NCBI GenBank assembly: GCA_030704615.1
Contig: CM060731.1
Span: 1,550,001-1,614,000, forward strand
From: Takakia lepidozioides
Taxonomy: Eukaryota > Plantae > Bryophyta
Direction: 5' to 3'
DNA: 64,000 nucleotides
Shown: positions 1 through 13,812 of the stretch, in pieces
How positions within the stretch are numbered: position 1 is the stretch's first letter
Layout: every line of letters begins with the position of its first letter
Notes under the pieces: generated by a model
Told to the model about the DNA's origin: nothing
Databases searched by the model: none
What the model saw: the letters and a program-made list of their open reading frames with translations, nothing else
Made by a program: the position numbers and the translations under genes

Positions 1-83
1 ATTGATAGATTGTCAATCACTCAGCCAGATGCAATCTTTCAAAGGGGAGAGAAGAATACAGTGGACTCAGAATGCACACGTAC

Positions 84-1376
84 CATGCCAGAGCCAATCA
101 AGTATTGGGTTGTTTTCTCCACCATACGCATATCGACCCGGCCTGATAGGTAGAGATACCGATTCAACAAATCTCCATGTCTGTTCTCCTCCGCCGTCCA
201 AGCCCGAACCCATATCCCCCATGGAGTGGGACTGCAGCCCGTCTTGTCTCTTACACCCTCAAAAGTGTTGAACATTGTCTGATATGTGGGCAGTGCCTCT
301 TCAGTTATCATGTCTCCAACCAAGCAGACCAGATAATCATCAGGGAGTTCATTAGCCCGGGCTCGGAGCTCCTTTATATCCTCAAAGAAGCTTTCCGAAG
401 TTCCGTCCGGAAGGAAGTCTTGGGGTTGCCAGGACTTCTCCACAGGTTTCAACATTGGTAGCAAGCTCTCTTGTGCCCAGTGATCCAAGGAACCTATTAC
501 CTCCAGATTCTTCATGGGAACTTGTTGCACACTTTCTCTGCGGGGGTATGGTGTTAAAGCTTTCCCAGGGCTAGGGTCCACAGGAGCTGCCTTCCGAATC
601 TCCCGCCTGTTAGCAACCATAACCAGTTAATAACAAGTACTGATCACCCAATGCCTCAACCAGGAACGTAGCGCTAAGCACTGTCGCAGACACGAATTCA
701 TGTAAAATCTCAATCTGTGCAGTCTGACAATTGTGTGAGATAGCTGGTCTGAACAGTTTTCCCTCATACTGGTATGGGAAACCGGCTTGCAACTAGAAAA
801 AGAATGCTCAAAATGTTTGGACCGCTTCAAGTTGATCTCATCCATTTACGTTGACCTTGTACAGAGTAGTACATGCTCAAGGGTGATATTAGTTAAATTG
901 GAACTGCATAGAGCTGGAATGCAGATCCCGCGGGTCGCACATATCTGTACATACAGGGGGACAATGTACAGATGTCTCATTATTATTCTCATTTGAACTG
1001 TCTTCACATATGGATTACATATCTGTACTCTCTGGTAGATGATTGCTCGAACTCGTGCAGATTCATTGTTCCAATGTCCTTCAGTTCCAATGTTTTGGAC
1101 ATCGCACAAATTGGCATTGGCTTCGCGAGCAGAAGTAGGCATGGGAACAGTCCATAGTGCTCTAGAGAACGAGGAAGGAGGAAAGTAGGATTGCAACATA
1201 CACTCGTACACGAACAACGCTTACCTGGGAACTATCACAGTCATGGCGATCTTTGGTAATGTCTGGACAATCTTTGGTGGCCAAGCTGGGCACACCAGCC
1301 TCACCGGCCTCCCAACGGGGCTAAAGCTCAAATTCCGAGGAGGTTTGGGTACTGTGAATGCCGCTGAGGTGGCCAT
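84..1376 (-). CDS. SAD: Stearoyl/acyl-ACP Delta-9 desaturase, exons 1 (1376-1225, transit peptide) and 2 (606-84); gene continues off the left edge
   Basis: Hallmark peptides [41 protein letters not shown]; GT donors at 1224 and 83; AG acceptor at 607; exon phases are compatible. Confidence 0.95.
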
Positions 1377-1667
1377 ATTACTAAGAGAAAGTCCTCCGGT
1401 CGTAGTCGAGTACATACTGGCTGTTGAGCTCCCCTCCCTCTCCTTACAGGTGTACGGATGTAGACCCAGGCAGCAGGGTAGTGCTAGCTGTTTTGAACAA
1501 TCCACTCTGCGTAGTTAATCCAGACGATGGGAGTGGAGAATGAAACTTTAAACGGTAAGCGTCTAGATCATATTATATAGTCGCTCTCTCTCTCTCCAGA
1601 AAGCAAGGATAGCAACTGGCCGGACCCACGTCCTCCCTTATAAACCAAACCTTCCTTTGGACTGAGT

Positions 1668-1712
1668 CCTCTCTCTCTCTCTCTCTCTCTCTCATACACA
1701 CACACACACACA
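1668..1712. repeat. Compound (CT)n(CA)n microsatellite upstream of SAD
   Basis: Directly visible dinucleotide runs. Confidence 0.9.
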
Positions 1713-4093
1713 AAGTTACAATCAATTGAACATATATTGTTCAAGCACGATCTCTTGGTTAACCTCACTTGGTCTGGTCGCTATGGTTGCCACCCACCCT
1801 TCTTAAAAAGATAAGCAGGACGAGTGCAGCGCAGAGAAGCCCTGAACCATATCACGCCTCTGGACCGTCACCTTTTTACACTTCTTTGGGTTCAGATTTG
1901 TCTAAATTTATGAGAGGAAGGCCGGGATCGACGGTCAGAATCTCGTTTGGGGATGTAGATATTCCTGACCTAATTTTGCTATGGGTTTCATGCAATGGCC
2001 TCTGGACCCACTTCTTGGCTGATTGGAACTGTTGGTGCTGTTGGTTTATCCTTGCTCACTCCGACATGTTACTAGACGTCAATTCCTGGTCAATTCCTGG
2101 TTGGTTATTTTATCGTGGATGCGTATTTTTATGATATAGAGTTGGTAGATTTATAAGGTTGCATTGTTTATTCATCGCAACCTTCTTCAATAAGAGAGTC
2201 TCCTTTTTTACTTCCATGGGAGAACAAAACATTGAGTTTAAGACGAATAGTTGCACTAACATCGACCGGAGACATTTTACATCAAACCTCCTTTTATTTG
2301 TACCAACGAAGCAGACCTGCCACATGGCCTCGCCATGCTCTATATTCCAGCCAACATAGTATTTATAGTAAATATCCAAGAAGAGCATAACACTGAGCTT
2401 CTATAGATCTATAGATCTAACGGCATTAGTGAAATTAGGTGGTGGGCATGTGGTCGGGCATCACCTACTCCTTAAACTAACTGCACAAGCCAAACGCTGA
2501 TGTATGGTTTGTCCTAAGAATTTGCTTATCTAGTACACAAAGTCTTGTTTCAGTTACCTCCTCTAGAAGGAAGAAAGCTAATTATATGCAATTGGTGCTA
2601 CATCCTTGTGTACACTACATACACAATGCTCGTGGAACTTGTACCATCTCTGCCAAAATTTAGCATATGTATTAAGATTTTGTATCCTGGATTCGAATCA
2701 ACCCTTACCTAATAGAGTACATAATAACAGTTATGATAGGTCAAGAGAGTAGTAGAACAATATAGTTATGATATTGTTAACATAGACATGGATTCAAATC
2801 ACTATAAAGTTTAAACCGAGGTAACCTATCTATCACCTAACTCTAGGAACAAGTAGGAGGGTACATAGAGGTGGCTTGGTGAAGGCTGTTAGTTATAGGT
2901 AGTTAGCCCTCCATGGTAGGTGAGTTGTAGGTTCATCCTCTTCAACAAGGTGGATGACAGATATGTGGCATACTTTGAAACTGGATTGCAACTGCAAAAT
3001 CGATCGGAATTGAAGTACCAAAGGTCACCTAGCCCCTCCAAGTGGCAATTCTACTGATGGGCACCACCAGTTATCACAATATAGCCATATTGCTTGTTGA
3101 CAATCTTCTTGATCATAAACATCCATTCATTTGGTCTAGTATGAGAGCTAGATAAGAAATACATGATTGGAAGATTTTTTAGATCAGAGGATGCACTACA
3201 ATATGTGCCATATCTTTGTTTAATATTACATGTCCAAAAAAGTCATGTGCGCGCATTTGTCTTTTAACCCCTCAACGACTAGCGATCCAAATCGGGTTGT
3301 GCCATTTTCATCCATGATCTACTTTTGTGGATGATGTTGGATGAAAAAAAACCTCTGAACAGAAAGTGTGTGCGCTCAAGAGAAGTGCACGCTTGAATTT
3401 ACCGTGCTTAAAAAAGTAAAAGCTCCCGCCTCTGGATTTTTTGAAGTGACAGGGTCTCATTGGCATGGGTGGTTTGGGGGACCACCCGGTTGACCTGTCC
3501 ACATTGCAAGTGAAAGTCGGTGTGGGTAAAAGCCACATCTTGAGCTCAATTTTTTCCTAAGCTGAAAAATCCAAAAAAATTCAAAAAAAAAAAATCTAGT
3601 GCATCTTTTGCTGAGTGCTATAGAGCACTTACCTACCAAAGCAATTAGAATTCAATGACATTTCCAAAGAGCCCACGAAGGCATTTGTCCCCTAGTGTAT
3701 CTAGAAATTGAAAATACCCCACAATTTCACATACAAAACAGCCCTAGCAGATTTAGGTGTTTTGTTATAGAGCCCACCCCCGAAAGGAGCCGTACCCCAC
3801 TTGGGGAAGAGGCTCTTATTTACGCTAACTTCGGTTGGCGTCTTTTATATATATATAACTAACTTGGAGAGAGCATTTTTAGGTGCCCAAGATTGTGAAT
3901 CTGGAGGGCATCAGAAATGGAAAATCTAAATGATGCCAAAAAAGCTTGATCAATCATTTTTTTTTGGAACATAGTTTGTGTGGGATGAAAAATCAACCAT
4001 ATAGTTTTGTTATAATTACCAATTTCAGTAGTAAATTTGCTCAAAATTCTTGTTGTGGATAGGTGTAGGAGAGTGTATTATCTTTGTAAGGCT

Positions 4094-4509
4094 TGTCGTG
4101 CGCATACATATCGCTACACAACTACATCGCTGTCCAAAACCACACAACATATGTGCACACCAAACATTAGTCTATCACTAGTGCACCACTAGGCTGCCAC
4201 TAGACAACCACTAGTCACCACTAGTGCAGCCACTAGTCCAACCGCTAGGCTGCCACTAGCCACCACTAGTGCAGCCACTAGTCCACCACTAGGCTGCCAG
4301 CTACACAACTACATCGCTGTCCAAAACCACACAACATATGTGCACACCAAACACTAGTCTATCACTAGTGCACCACTAGTGCACCACTAGGCTGCCACTA
4401 GACAACCACTAGTCACCACTAGTGCAGTCAATAGTCCACCACTAGGCTACCACTAGCCACCACTAGTGCAGCCACTAGTCCACCACTAGGCTGTCACTAG
4501 TCCATCACA
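4094..4509 (-). repeat. Putative 3' LTR (TGTGA...CGACA on minus), rich in CACTAG motifs, with an internal duplication of about 187 bp
   Basis: TG/CA termini; directly follows polypurine tract 4510-4521; 4114-4300 is duplicated at 4301-4500. Confidence 0.65.
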
Positions 4510-4767
4510 ATCGCCCCCCTAGCTAGCGCTTAGGTCCCTCTAAGTCCAGATAGCCACAAGATGTGATAGTGGCCATAGCCTCATTAAGTCCTCCACCACT
4601 GTCCCTACTACACTCAAACTCAATAGATCAAGAGGCCGGGTACAAGAGTTGCCCCTTCGTTAGTCGCCGTCTTGCAACCTGTGAACTTGAGCCTGAGATC
4701 TTGGGTATTGACTCCTATGAGCTTAGCCTCCCATGTCTTGTGAGCGGCCTAGTCATATCCACTGCCA

Positions 4768-6457
4768 CTATCCCAAGTAGTGTGGACATAACCAATCTCC
4801 ATCAGGAACCCTCTCAAAAGCTGGTGTCAAGCATCCCATGTGCCAACCTCTTGAGCATCGATCACACACCAGCATAGTGGCGGCACCACGAGCATGCCCA
4901 CATAGCATGCAACGCAACCCTTCAGGTACCACTGCAAGGTTGGGATCTATCCTCCCATCCACATGTGGAAGGTGACATGGCGCACAATTACGCACATGGT
5001 CCTTCCATACCATGTCATCTCGACCCTCCAGAATCAACACTCCTGAAGGCAACACCTCCCTGACCCTTAGAATCACACGTCTTGCTGTGACATCCAAGGT
5101 CGTAGGCGTTGTCTGCTGCAGATACACATAATCCCCAGGGTGGAAACGCCGAACACTTGGCCGATATCCCCCTCCACGTATAGTGGCATACCTCAATGTG
5201 TCTTGGTGTTGGGCAATAGCAAGATTCTCAAAGGCCATAGGCATGACTCTCTTGAACAACTCTGCCCGCTGGGCACATGCTTGTGTCCACACATCCGGAT
5301 CATCAAGGTTAAGGACTACTGCAGCCTCCCTGCGAATAGATAGACGAATCTGGCTCTCGGCCAAAGATAAGGAAATATGGTGAGAAGGAGGCAAGTGATG
5401 CTTGCTTGCTAAACCTGTAGCCCATGGCTAGCCAAGATACCTGAAGATCCCAATCTCCTAGGTGTCCCTTTTGCAAGCCATACTTGCGTAAACCCCTCTT
5501 TACCGTCTGCACCACTCTCTCTGCCAAGCCATCGGCCTCAGGATGATCCCGAGAAGTGGTATGGTGGTCTATCAAGGCTTTATCACACAAAGCCTGAAAC
5601 TCCCCCAAGAACTTTCTCCCTTGGTCCGTGAATACCTCAGCTGGAGCACCGAATCGGCTAAGCACACGATCCAGGAATGCATACGCAGCCCCCTCACTAG
5701 CCTTGTCAGGCAATGGAACCAACTCAATCCACTTGGAGAAGTGCTCCACCATCACCAACACATATCTGTGGTGGCGCATCGTCAGTGGCAACGGCCCTAC
5801 GAAGTCAAGACTCCACCTGTAGCCCAATCCCATGATGGGTAACGGATGCAACTGTGGTGTAGGGGCGTTGAATGAAGCACGCACCCTGTCACACACCATG
5901 CACCTAGCCACGAATTGTTGCACCTCTGTATGCATACCACGCCACCAATACTGCCCCTGCAGTAAACTATGAGCGCGTCGCACTCCAAAATGCCCCAACT
6001 CCTCATGGGCATGCCGCACTAACCGTGCACGTTGTGTTGGGTGAGGCATGATCCTCACCCGACCACCCTCCCACACTCGAAGCAGGTGTATCCCCTCCCA
6101 CTTGAACCTCTTGGCTCGTTGTAGGATCCGATCCATCTCCTTGGCAGTCACACTAGCTGCCGTGTCTCTAGTGCGGAAGTAGTCCAACACAACCGAATCC
6201 TCATGTATATCTCTGGCACCACCTGGCTCATCACTAGCCTCAGGGTCCTCAGACACTCCGTCTACAGTCATTCCTATTGTAGGTCCAACCTGACCTCCCG
6301 ATGCCAAGATACACAAAAAGGCAGATGCATACCATCCCGGCACCATCTCCTCGTCCGTCTCACCATGCCACCGAGCTCCAGTGTCATCCTGCTGGCTCGT
6401 GCATAGATTGCGGCTCAATCCATCCGCATCCGTATTGACCAAACCCGGTCGATGCAC
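4768..6457 (-). pseudogene. Gypsy integrase (HHCC, DDE core) with C-terminal PHD finger; frameshifted
   Basis: HAHEELGHFG...CMVC; SLDFVGP, FTDQG, GLAERVVQTVK; PHD CMLCG...MLVCDRCSRGWHMGCLTP...GDWLCPHY (last Cys to Tyr). Confidence 0.9.
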
Positions 6458-6490
6458 AGCCTGAAAGTCATACTCTTGGAGTATAAGTGC

Positions 6491-7740
6491 CTACCGTGCA
6501 AGCTTCCCCGTAAGCTTGTTTGACTCCATCAACCACTTGAGTGGCTGGTGATCCGTGACAAGAGTGAAGAGATTGCCGTATAGATAGCACCTGAAATGTG
6601 CCACGGCCCACACTGCAGCTAAGCACTCCCCCTCATATGAGCTATACTTAGACTCTGCAGCATTGTTTGAGCGGCTAGCACAAGCCACTATGGACTCTCT
6701 TCCCTCATCATCCACCTGTGTGAGCACCGCTCCAAGCCCCATCATGCTCCAATCTGTATACACCTGAAAGGGACGCCCCTGATAGGTCGTCTCAAGATCG
6801 GCGCCGAGGTCAACCTCGCCTTGAGCTCCTGAAAAGCTCGCTCCTGCTCATCTTCCCACTGCCACTCCTGGTCTACCTTGGTCAGCTTGGTTAGAGCCTT
6901 TGCAATAGCACTAAATCCCTTGACAAACCGTCTATAGTAGTTTGCCAACCCCATGAAAGCTCGAACTCGGCTCACATCCGTGGGACGTGGAATCTGTGCG
7001 ATGGCCTCTACCTTAGTCTGCTACACCCCCAATCCTCCAGGACATATCATGTGGCCCAGATACTCAATCTGGTTGTGGAAGAATTTGCACTTCCCCGGAT
7101 GCAACTTCAATCCGTGCGCTCTCAAGCGCTCAAACACCACCTGAAGGTGTCTCTCGTGCTCCTCCACTGTAGCACTAAAGATGATGATGTCATCTATGTA
7201 GCACCGAGCAAAATCCACCCCTGCTAGAATCTTGTCCATGACTCTCTGGAACTCTGCAGGGGCGTTCTTAAGCCCGAATGGCAAGAACCGCCACTGATAT
7301 AGGCAATCCTTCCCATGCTCATTGATCCCCCAAAATGTCATCTTCTGCTTGTCCACCTCCTTGATCGGCAACTGGTGATATCCGGACCGCAAGTCCAAAG
7401 TGCTAAAGACCTTGGCATGCCCAATGGCATCAAAGATCTCATCCGGTGTGGGCATGGCATACTTGTCGGACTTGGTCTGACGATTTACAGGCCGGTAATC
7501 ACCGCACATACGTCTCTCCGTCCAATTGCCATAGACATCCTTCTTGGCTGGCATCACCGTGGCTGAAGCATACTCTCCACCAGAGAGCTCCACCAAACCA
7601 GCCTCCCAGAGATCTTGAGTCCTTATCTGAATCAAAGACCTCTCCATGTCACTGTATCTATAGGGTCTCCGAAAGATTAGCGTGTCCGTGGCCAACTCAA
7701 TACGAATCTCCTGACCCTTCAGTGCTCCCAAATCCTTCAA
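6491..7740 (-). pseudogene. Gypsy reverse transcriptase and RNase H
   Basis: [41 protein letters not shown]; YTDWS...GLGAVL, SSYEGECLAAVWAV, LVTDHQPL. Confidence 0.95.
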
Positions 7741-8189
7741 ACTGAAGGTAAAGCAATTCTTGTAAGCCCTCAGGAACCGCTGTATACATTGTCTCTCTCC
7801 TCCAGTGACAATGGGTCCAATGTCAGGCTCCCAATTGTCCTCCGTAACTGCAACCTTAAGTCCAGCAGACTTAGAGGTAGGAGACGTGTCCCATGGTTGT
7901 TATGCCGCAACCTCATGAGCAGTACTCCCTGCCTGCTCAGTCAATGACAAGGTCTCCTCCTGCCCCATTATCTCATCCTTGAGGACCTCCTCAACCCAAG
8001 AAGAATCCCCAACCTCATCCATCACAGCCGCCTTGGCTGCCAACTCCCTCTGAACCTCGAGCACCTCCCACGTGTGCCATGGATGTCTACACCCCGTGGT
8101 CCTCACCGGCTCTCACTGCTTGTACCGTCTCGGTAGGTAGAGAGACCGTCAAAGGAAGTGCATTCCGCACTCTACGTTGCTCAGCCATA

Positions 8190-9150
8190 GTCAAGCTGAG
8201 AATCCAGGTCAAGCAATTTAGATCCATCGCTTGCCCCAACACCTGACGACGTGATGCCTCAGAAAGATAAGGCACCGCCGTGGTCCCAGTGGAAAACCCC
8301 ATAGCCCGCTCTCCCTCGTCGGCATTGGGCTCCACTAACTGCTACAACTGAGCATCCCACAGGAGGCCAGGTCCACTATCCCGGAAAGCATGCAATCCTG
8401 GAAAGCTGAGCAGTGTAGGTAGTGCTGCTCATGGTTGACCCACCTTGTTGACCACTACCAAAGGCGAACGGTCATCGTGTCTCACACCCTGAGACTGCCT
8501 CCCTGTGTCCAAAATGTTATCAACTGTGAGGTGTGCTGGCCACTGCACCCCATCAACTGCACGCTTGAGCAGTGCAGGTGGCATCAAGTTAGTCCACCAT
8601 AACCGTGGACGATGAGCCCGTGACCCCACTGCAGCTGTATCCAGCAACACTGCTGACCCAAGCCACGACCGGACTTGATGCACACTGGCCATCACCCTGG
8701 CCCGAGAATCGCCCATCAGTGGCACATTCTCTAAGATGCATGCTGGAGATACAGCTTGATGAAGCTGTAAGTGGCGCAAAACCCGCACCATCTCCCAAAA
8801 CAGACCCGACCTCGAGTCTCGCAATCCATTGCCATGCCTGGCTGATGAATGCCCTTGGCAGGCCGGCCAACCTGCCACTACCAAATCAATGGAGCCAACC
8901 CGCTCCAAATCTTGCGCCCCAAGCAACGAAATGTCTGCTGGCAAGGCCTGCTGATATCCACAAACTGCAGACACCGGCAACAACTCAGGGTACTGCTACA
9001 CCAACTGAGCAACATGACGGAGTGCGACGCATCGTGCAGTCTCATCCCTCTCCACATACAGGTAACGTCGTACTCGTACATCTGCCTGTAGAACAGCAGC
9101 CAATCCGGTGCTGATCCCGCCAAACAACTCCAGAAGGCAAATGCCTTCAT
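8190..9150 (-). pseudogene. C5 cytosine DNA methyltransferase domain (DNMT3-like) embedded in gypsy pol
   Basis: Motif I LLELFGGI (about 9110-9140), motif IV DLVVAGWP(A)CQG (about 8850-8890), motif VI ILENV, motif VIII AHRPRLWWTN, motif X LGQAMD, in canonical order. Confidence 0.9.
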
Positions 9151-9539
9151 CCGGACACTGCCACACGATCGGTGCGATGTCCAATGGTGACAACTGAGGT
9201 GGTCCTGGTGCAATCCCCGCACTGTCCTCCTCTCGTGACGATACAAAAGCCTTTACCCAGGCTTGTTGCACACGACAATCAACAACCCGCTGCAAATCCT
9301 TGCTCGAGCCCCACAATGGAGTGTGAGCAACCATGGCAGGCAACTCCATCATACCATATATGTCATCTTGCTCTCCCGAAGGTGACACATCCTCTGAATG
9401 AGTGTTGTCATCCAACAACTCTCCAGGCCAAGTCACTGCAGCTGTGAATGCTGCCAGTGTTGGCATCTTGCCTCGCTGGGCAACCGCAACTCCTCCTATG
9501 AACGTCACAGGGAGCTGCACACGCCGGCCCTCCCCTGAC

Positions 9540-9960
9540 TGCCATCCAGGCCTATAGGAAGCTGACTCCTCCCAAAAATCCAGGGTGAAGCCCATGGGGT
9601 ACAACACTGCCCCACCAACAAGGACATCGTACGAGACCACGTCTGTCACAATGGCCTTGGCTCTTATCACTGAGCCATCTGTAGGATGATCCAGTTGTAG
9701 TCCGATAGCCAACTCACGCCGTGTCATGCCTCGAGCCTGCTCTGATCCTCCCAGAGATGTCTGTATCTAGAAAGGGCACGGCTCCATATCCACCTCCGTG
9801 AGGCCCAAGCCTGCAATAGCAGCTCTGCCCAGCATCAATGGCTAAGCTCCCGAGTCCAACAAGACTCGTAGTGGCCGGTACCTCTTGCCTGCCGGTCCAC
9901 TCAAACAGAAAATGCCATCCTGGTTGTCTAACATGACAACTCCAGGTGTCACCATGGTGC
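9540..9960 (-). pseudogene. Retroviral-type aspartic protease
   Basis: VLLDSGA catalytic motif followed by YDVLVG flap-like motif. Confidence 0.8.
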
Positions 9961-10621
9961 GCTCAATGGCTGGCCTAGCTGGCAGCTCCATCAACCTGGC
10001 AGCTGCAGCTTGCCATGGCGCCGCCGTGGCAGTCTTGACCCTGACATCCGAGGATCCCTTCGGCACTATACCTCCCACTATCTCCGCAGAAGATAAAGTA
10101 ACCTCCCCACTCTCACAGAGTGTAGCTGCCAGCCTGAACACCTCAGCTGGTCTTACCCCCGGCGTCGCAATCATGGTAGCCGAGAACAATGGAGCGTGGC
10201 ACACAGATGTGGCCGCTCCCAGTAGCACACTAGCTGTCGTAGTGTTGGCAACACTAGGTAGTGGTGCTACCCGTGTAGCTCTCCCCAATGGCATAGTAAC
10301 CTCCGCCTCAGTAACAGTCGGGCGAGAACTAGGTGCCATGGATGGCGTCGACACTGTCTCCACCAATGTGAATGACTAAGGAAGCCTAGCCTGATGGCCT
10401 GCCTCCCCACGTTGTGGATCCAACTCCACCTCTGCACCTCGTGGCTCAGGAACTCATGCTGCTCCTCGAGTCACGGCTGCAGCAGACTTGACCTGCACTA
10501 GTGGTAGTGCTACTCCGCACATGAATCCCATGCCTCCCATATCTCCTCCCTCAGGAACAGGAGGTGGACCATCCGGCCTTGGAACCGGTACCACCTGAGC
10601 TGTAGCCATGGCAGCGAGCCT

Positions 10622-12037
10622 CTACTCTAGCTTTTGAAGCCGGTTGGCCATGCCTTGGTCACCACCCTGACCCCCGCGTCCTTGGCCATGTTGAGCTTGT
10701 CCTTGGCCTGCACCTCGTGCCTGGCCACCTGGTCCTCTCTGGGCTGCTCCACCTCGCCCCCGGCCACCATTGTTCCCTTGGAACTGGCCTGGGCGCAACT
10801 CAGGATGCAAACCATAACACTGGGTCTTTCCATGCCCGTGTTTGCCACAATGCCCACACTGCAACTGTGCAGGCTCTGCATATGCTAGCCCTTTGCCTCC
10901 CTCTAGGCAATCCTTCTTGACATGGGGTCCTCCACATGTCCAACACACCACATCTGCCCGTTGTTGGCCTGCAAATGAAGGGAGAGACCCCTGCATCTGA
11001 GGTCCTCTCTGTCCTTCCCTTGGCTTCACCTGGACCCCCTTGTTGCCTTGAGCACGTTGAGGTAGTGGTTGGCTAGGAGCACCACTACCCCGTGGTGTCT
11101 CCTTAGCAAATCCCACCATGACCACTTGTTCCTCCACCATGTTGAGCTCTATCCGCTCTGCCAGCAAAAACACATTTGCTAAGGTGGGTTGGGCCGCTTG
11201 TAGGAGAGTTGCATCCCGCACCCTTCTCCTCAGCTCCTTGTCCAATATCCCATACCAGAATTGGACTGCCTGAGCTTCCGTAACCCCTTGGGTTACATTT
11301 ATCAAGCGCCTCATGCGAGTGAAAGCCTCCCTCAAGCTCTCAGTCGGCTTCCGTTGGAACTCTTGCAAGCTCTGCAACTTCTCTGTCCTCACCCCTTGGT
11401 AGTTCCCTCTTAACTCTTCGAAGAACTCCATAACAGGGTTGAAGGCAGGCACCGCCACTGGTGCTGGTGTAGCAGTAGCTTGGGTGGACGTCGTAGCTAT
11501 GGTATCACCAGTCCCACTGCTGCTTGCTGAAGCTGCCGGTCTAGCCACTGCCCTTGTGGCTCTAGTGCCCCTAGTGATGGAGACATAGTCGGGTGACCAG
11601 TACATCCTCCACTCCTCGATCTCAACCTCATGCCCCCGCCTGAACTCATGGTAATCATCCATAGGCGGCCCCTCAAGGTGCTGAAACAGCCCCTTCCATG
11701 CCATGAAAGGCGTAAATAGTTGTGGATTGCGCATTTGCTGCAAATCACACCAACTATCAAACTCTTGGATAAAATCATCCAACTCAATGGTGCCCACCGC
11801 CCCAGAGTACCTTCGTGGCCCCTAGGTAGCTCCATACATCTCCTCCATTGTGTCCCACAACAATGGCAAGGAAACAACTTGCACCGCCGGTGTGAGTCTT
11901 CCTGATTCACAATCCGAATCAGAACCTCCCGTAGAAGACACAGGAGGTGAAGGTGGCCTAAACCGCACACCTCGTCTCGTGTACCCACTAGTATCGCTAG
12001 TGCTTGAACCGGCACTCTCCCTAGCAACTAGTGGCAC
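10622..12037 (-). pseudogene. Gag with two zinc knuckles
   Basis: FQRKPTESLREAFTRM capsid-like segment; CWTCGGPHVKKDC and CGHCGKHGHGKTQC. Confidence 0.85.
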
Positions 12038-12676
12038 CTCCGTGTTGACAAACTGTCACTCAACCGGTCATGAACATGTCTATAACCCCCTCAAAACCCT
12101 TGGGTAACTCCATGATGACACTCACAATGTGCATCTCCCCCACGTGACACTATAAGGCTCTAGTACTAATTCTAATAGTGACACGGGTGGGCACCTGTTG
12201 CAGTTTAAGGGTCATATCCCAGTGGCTCAGGGCACCTGCACCTGCATCCACCGCAAGAACTCCTATGGTTGGCTGGTCGTCAACCCAGTCTCACCATAGA
12301 AGAAACACTGGTGGTCTTGCTGGTCATCACTCCAGCCTCACCACCGACAGCATACTCTAGGATTGGCCGGTGATCAAATCCGGCCTAATCCCTATGAAAG
12401 CAAGCGCCCACACAAAACCAAAATGTCGCACAGTCAAGCATGCAGGTGTGGGGGGGGATCCAAACACAAGAAATCAGAACGACAACTCCCCCACACCAAG
12501 AACAACTCCACGATGTTGAACCTGCAAGGACACCCCAGCCCAAACCCGGACTGACTCTTGCCTCCACCTACGGAAAGGTCTATGCCTAATGAGAGGGTGG
12601 AAAACTACGAGGAAGAGAAGCTAAAGCAATGCCTAACCCCAGCATGCTCTCATCCCGTCCAACAATTGGAATCTGT

Positions 12677-12973
12677 CGCCAGTCAGTCCGCTCGTCAGTC
12701 GCCAGTCTGCTGGTGAGTCCACTCGCCAGTCTTTCGGACTGAGTCAGTCCGCTTGCCAATCGCCAGTCTGCTCGTCAATCACCGGTCTGCTGGTGAGTCC
12801 ACTCGCCAGTCTACCGGACTGAGTCAGTCCGCTCGCCAATCGCCAGTCTGCTGGTGAGTCCACTCGCCGGTCTACCGGACTGAGTCAGTCCGCTTGCCAA
12901 TCGCCAGTTTGCTCGTCAATCACCGGTCTGCTGGTGAGTCCACTCGCCAGTCTACCGGACTGAGTCAGTCCAC
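12677..12973. repeat. Tandem degenerate repeat (CGCCAGTCTGCTGGTGAGTCCACT.../ACCGGACTGAGTCAGTCC units)
   Basis: Direct repeats visible in about 4-5 copies. Confidence 0.85.
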
Positions 12974-13470
12974 TGCAGAGCTGCAGAGAACCAGAAAGCA
13001 AGTGGAAGGAGCAGGGCTGCCCACAGCCTCTTCTTCATCAGTCGACTTAGTCTCAGGAGAAGCTGGAATGGCTTCATCACCAGCCCCCTTACATCTGGGG
13101 ATCCAATCCAAAGGTAAGGGAAAAGCCTCTCCAAACACGCCACTAAACTCAATGGCAAACAACCAAGCCCTGCTGGCTCCCAGCCCTTGTGAGCACTCAA
13201 TCAAGCACTCTCCTTGGCCATAGCATCTGTCTTAGAGCCTATTCCAGCCCCCTACACCTGCCACTTCAAGAGCTATGCTCTACCTAGGCTTGGGGTTGAA
13301 ACCCCAACTAACATATGCCCTACAAGTGGTCTTCTTTCACCCAAGTGGGAACCAGCCCTAGCCCTTCCATTCTAGCTCTCTAAAGCTTGAAAACAAAAGC
13401 CTCAATGGGCTGAAGGCATGCTCCACGCATGCCCCACTCTCACCATGAGAGAATCAGCTCTTTTGCTTCA

Positions 13471-13812
13471 TTTCTTGCACTCCCAAACCTGAAAGTACAA
13501 GCCTTCAACAGGCTGAAAGCATGCTCCACACATGCTCTACAGGGCAACCAGCCCCTTCCTTCCTTTCTTGCACTCCCAAACCTGAAAGTACAAGCCTTCA
13601 ACAGGCTGAAAGCATGCTCCTCACATGCTCTACAGGGCAACCAGCCCCTTCCTTCCTTTCTTGCACTCCCAAACCTGAAAGTACAAGCCTTCAACAGGCT
13701 GAAAGCATGCTCCACACATGCTCTACAGGGCAACCAGCCCCTTCCTTCCTTTCTTGCACTCCCAAACCTGAAAGTACAAGCCTTCAACAGGCTGAAAGCA
13801 TGCTCCACACAT
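13471..13812. repeat. 93-bp tandem repeat, about 3.7 near-identical copies
   Basis: TTTCTTGCACTCCCAAACCTG recurs at 13471, 13564, 13657, 13750. Confidence 0.95.

Larger units (their letters stand above)
4094..12050 (-). mobile_element. Degenerate Ty3/gypsy LTR retrotransposon, order gag-PR-DNMT-RT-RH-INT-PHD; matching 5' LTR not found
   Basis: Ordered domain fragments on the minus strand; PPT-like AGGGGGGCGAT abutting a TG...CA 3' LTR; many in-frame TAG stops and frameshifts. Confidence 0.9.

Noticed and set aside
3265-3290. TTAACCCCT piggyBac-like terminus
   Set aside because: No matching inverted end found in the window
4094-12050. DIRS/tyrosine-recombinase element as the identity of the methyltransferase-bearing retroelement
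   Set aside because: It has a protease and a DDE integrase in gypsy order, and its MTase is C5-type; no tyrosine recombinase motifs seen
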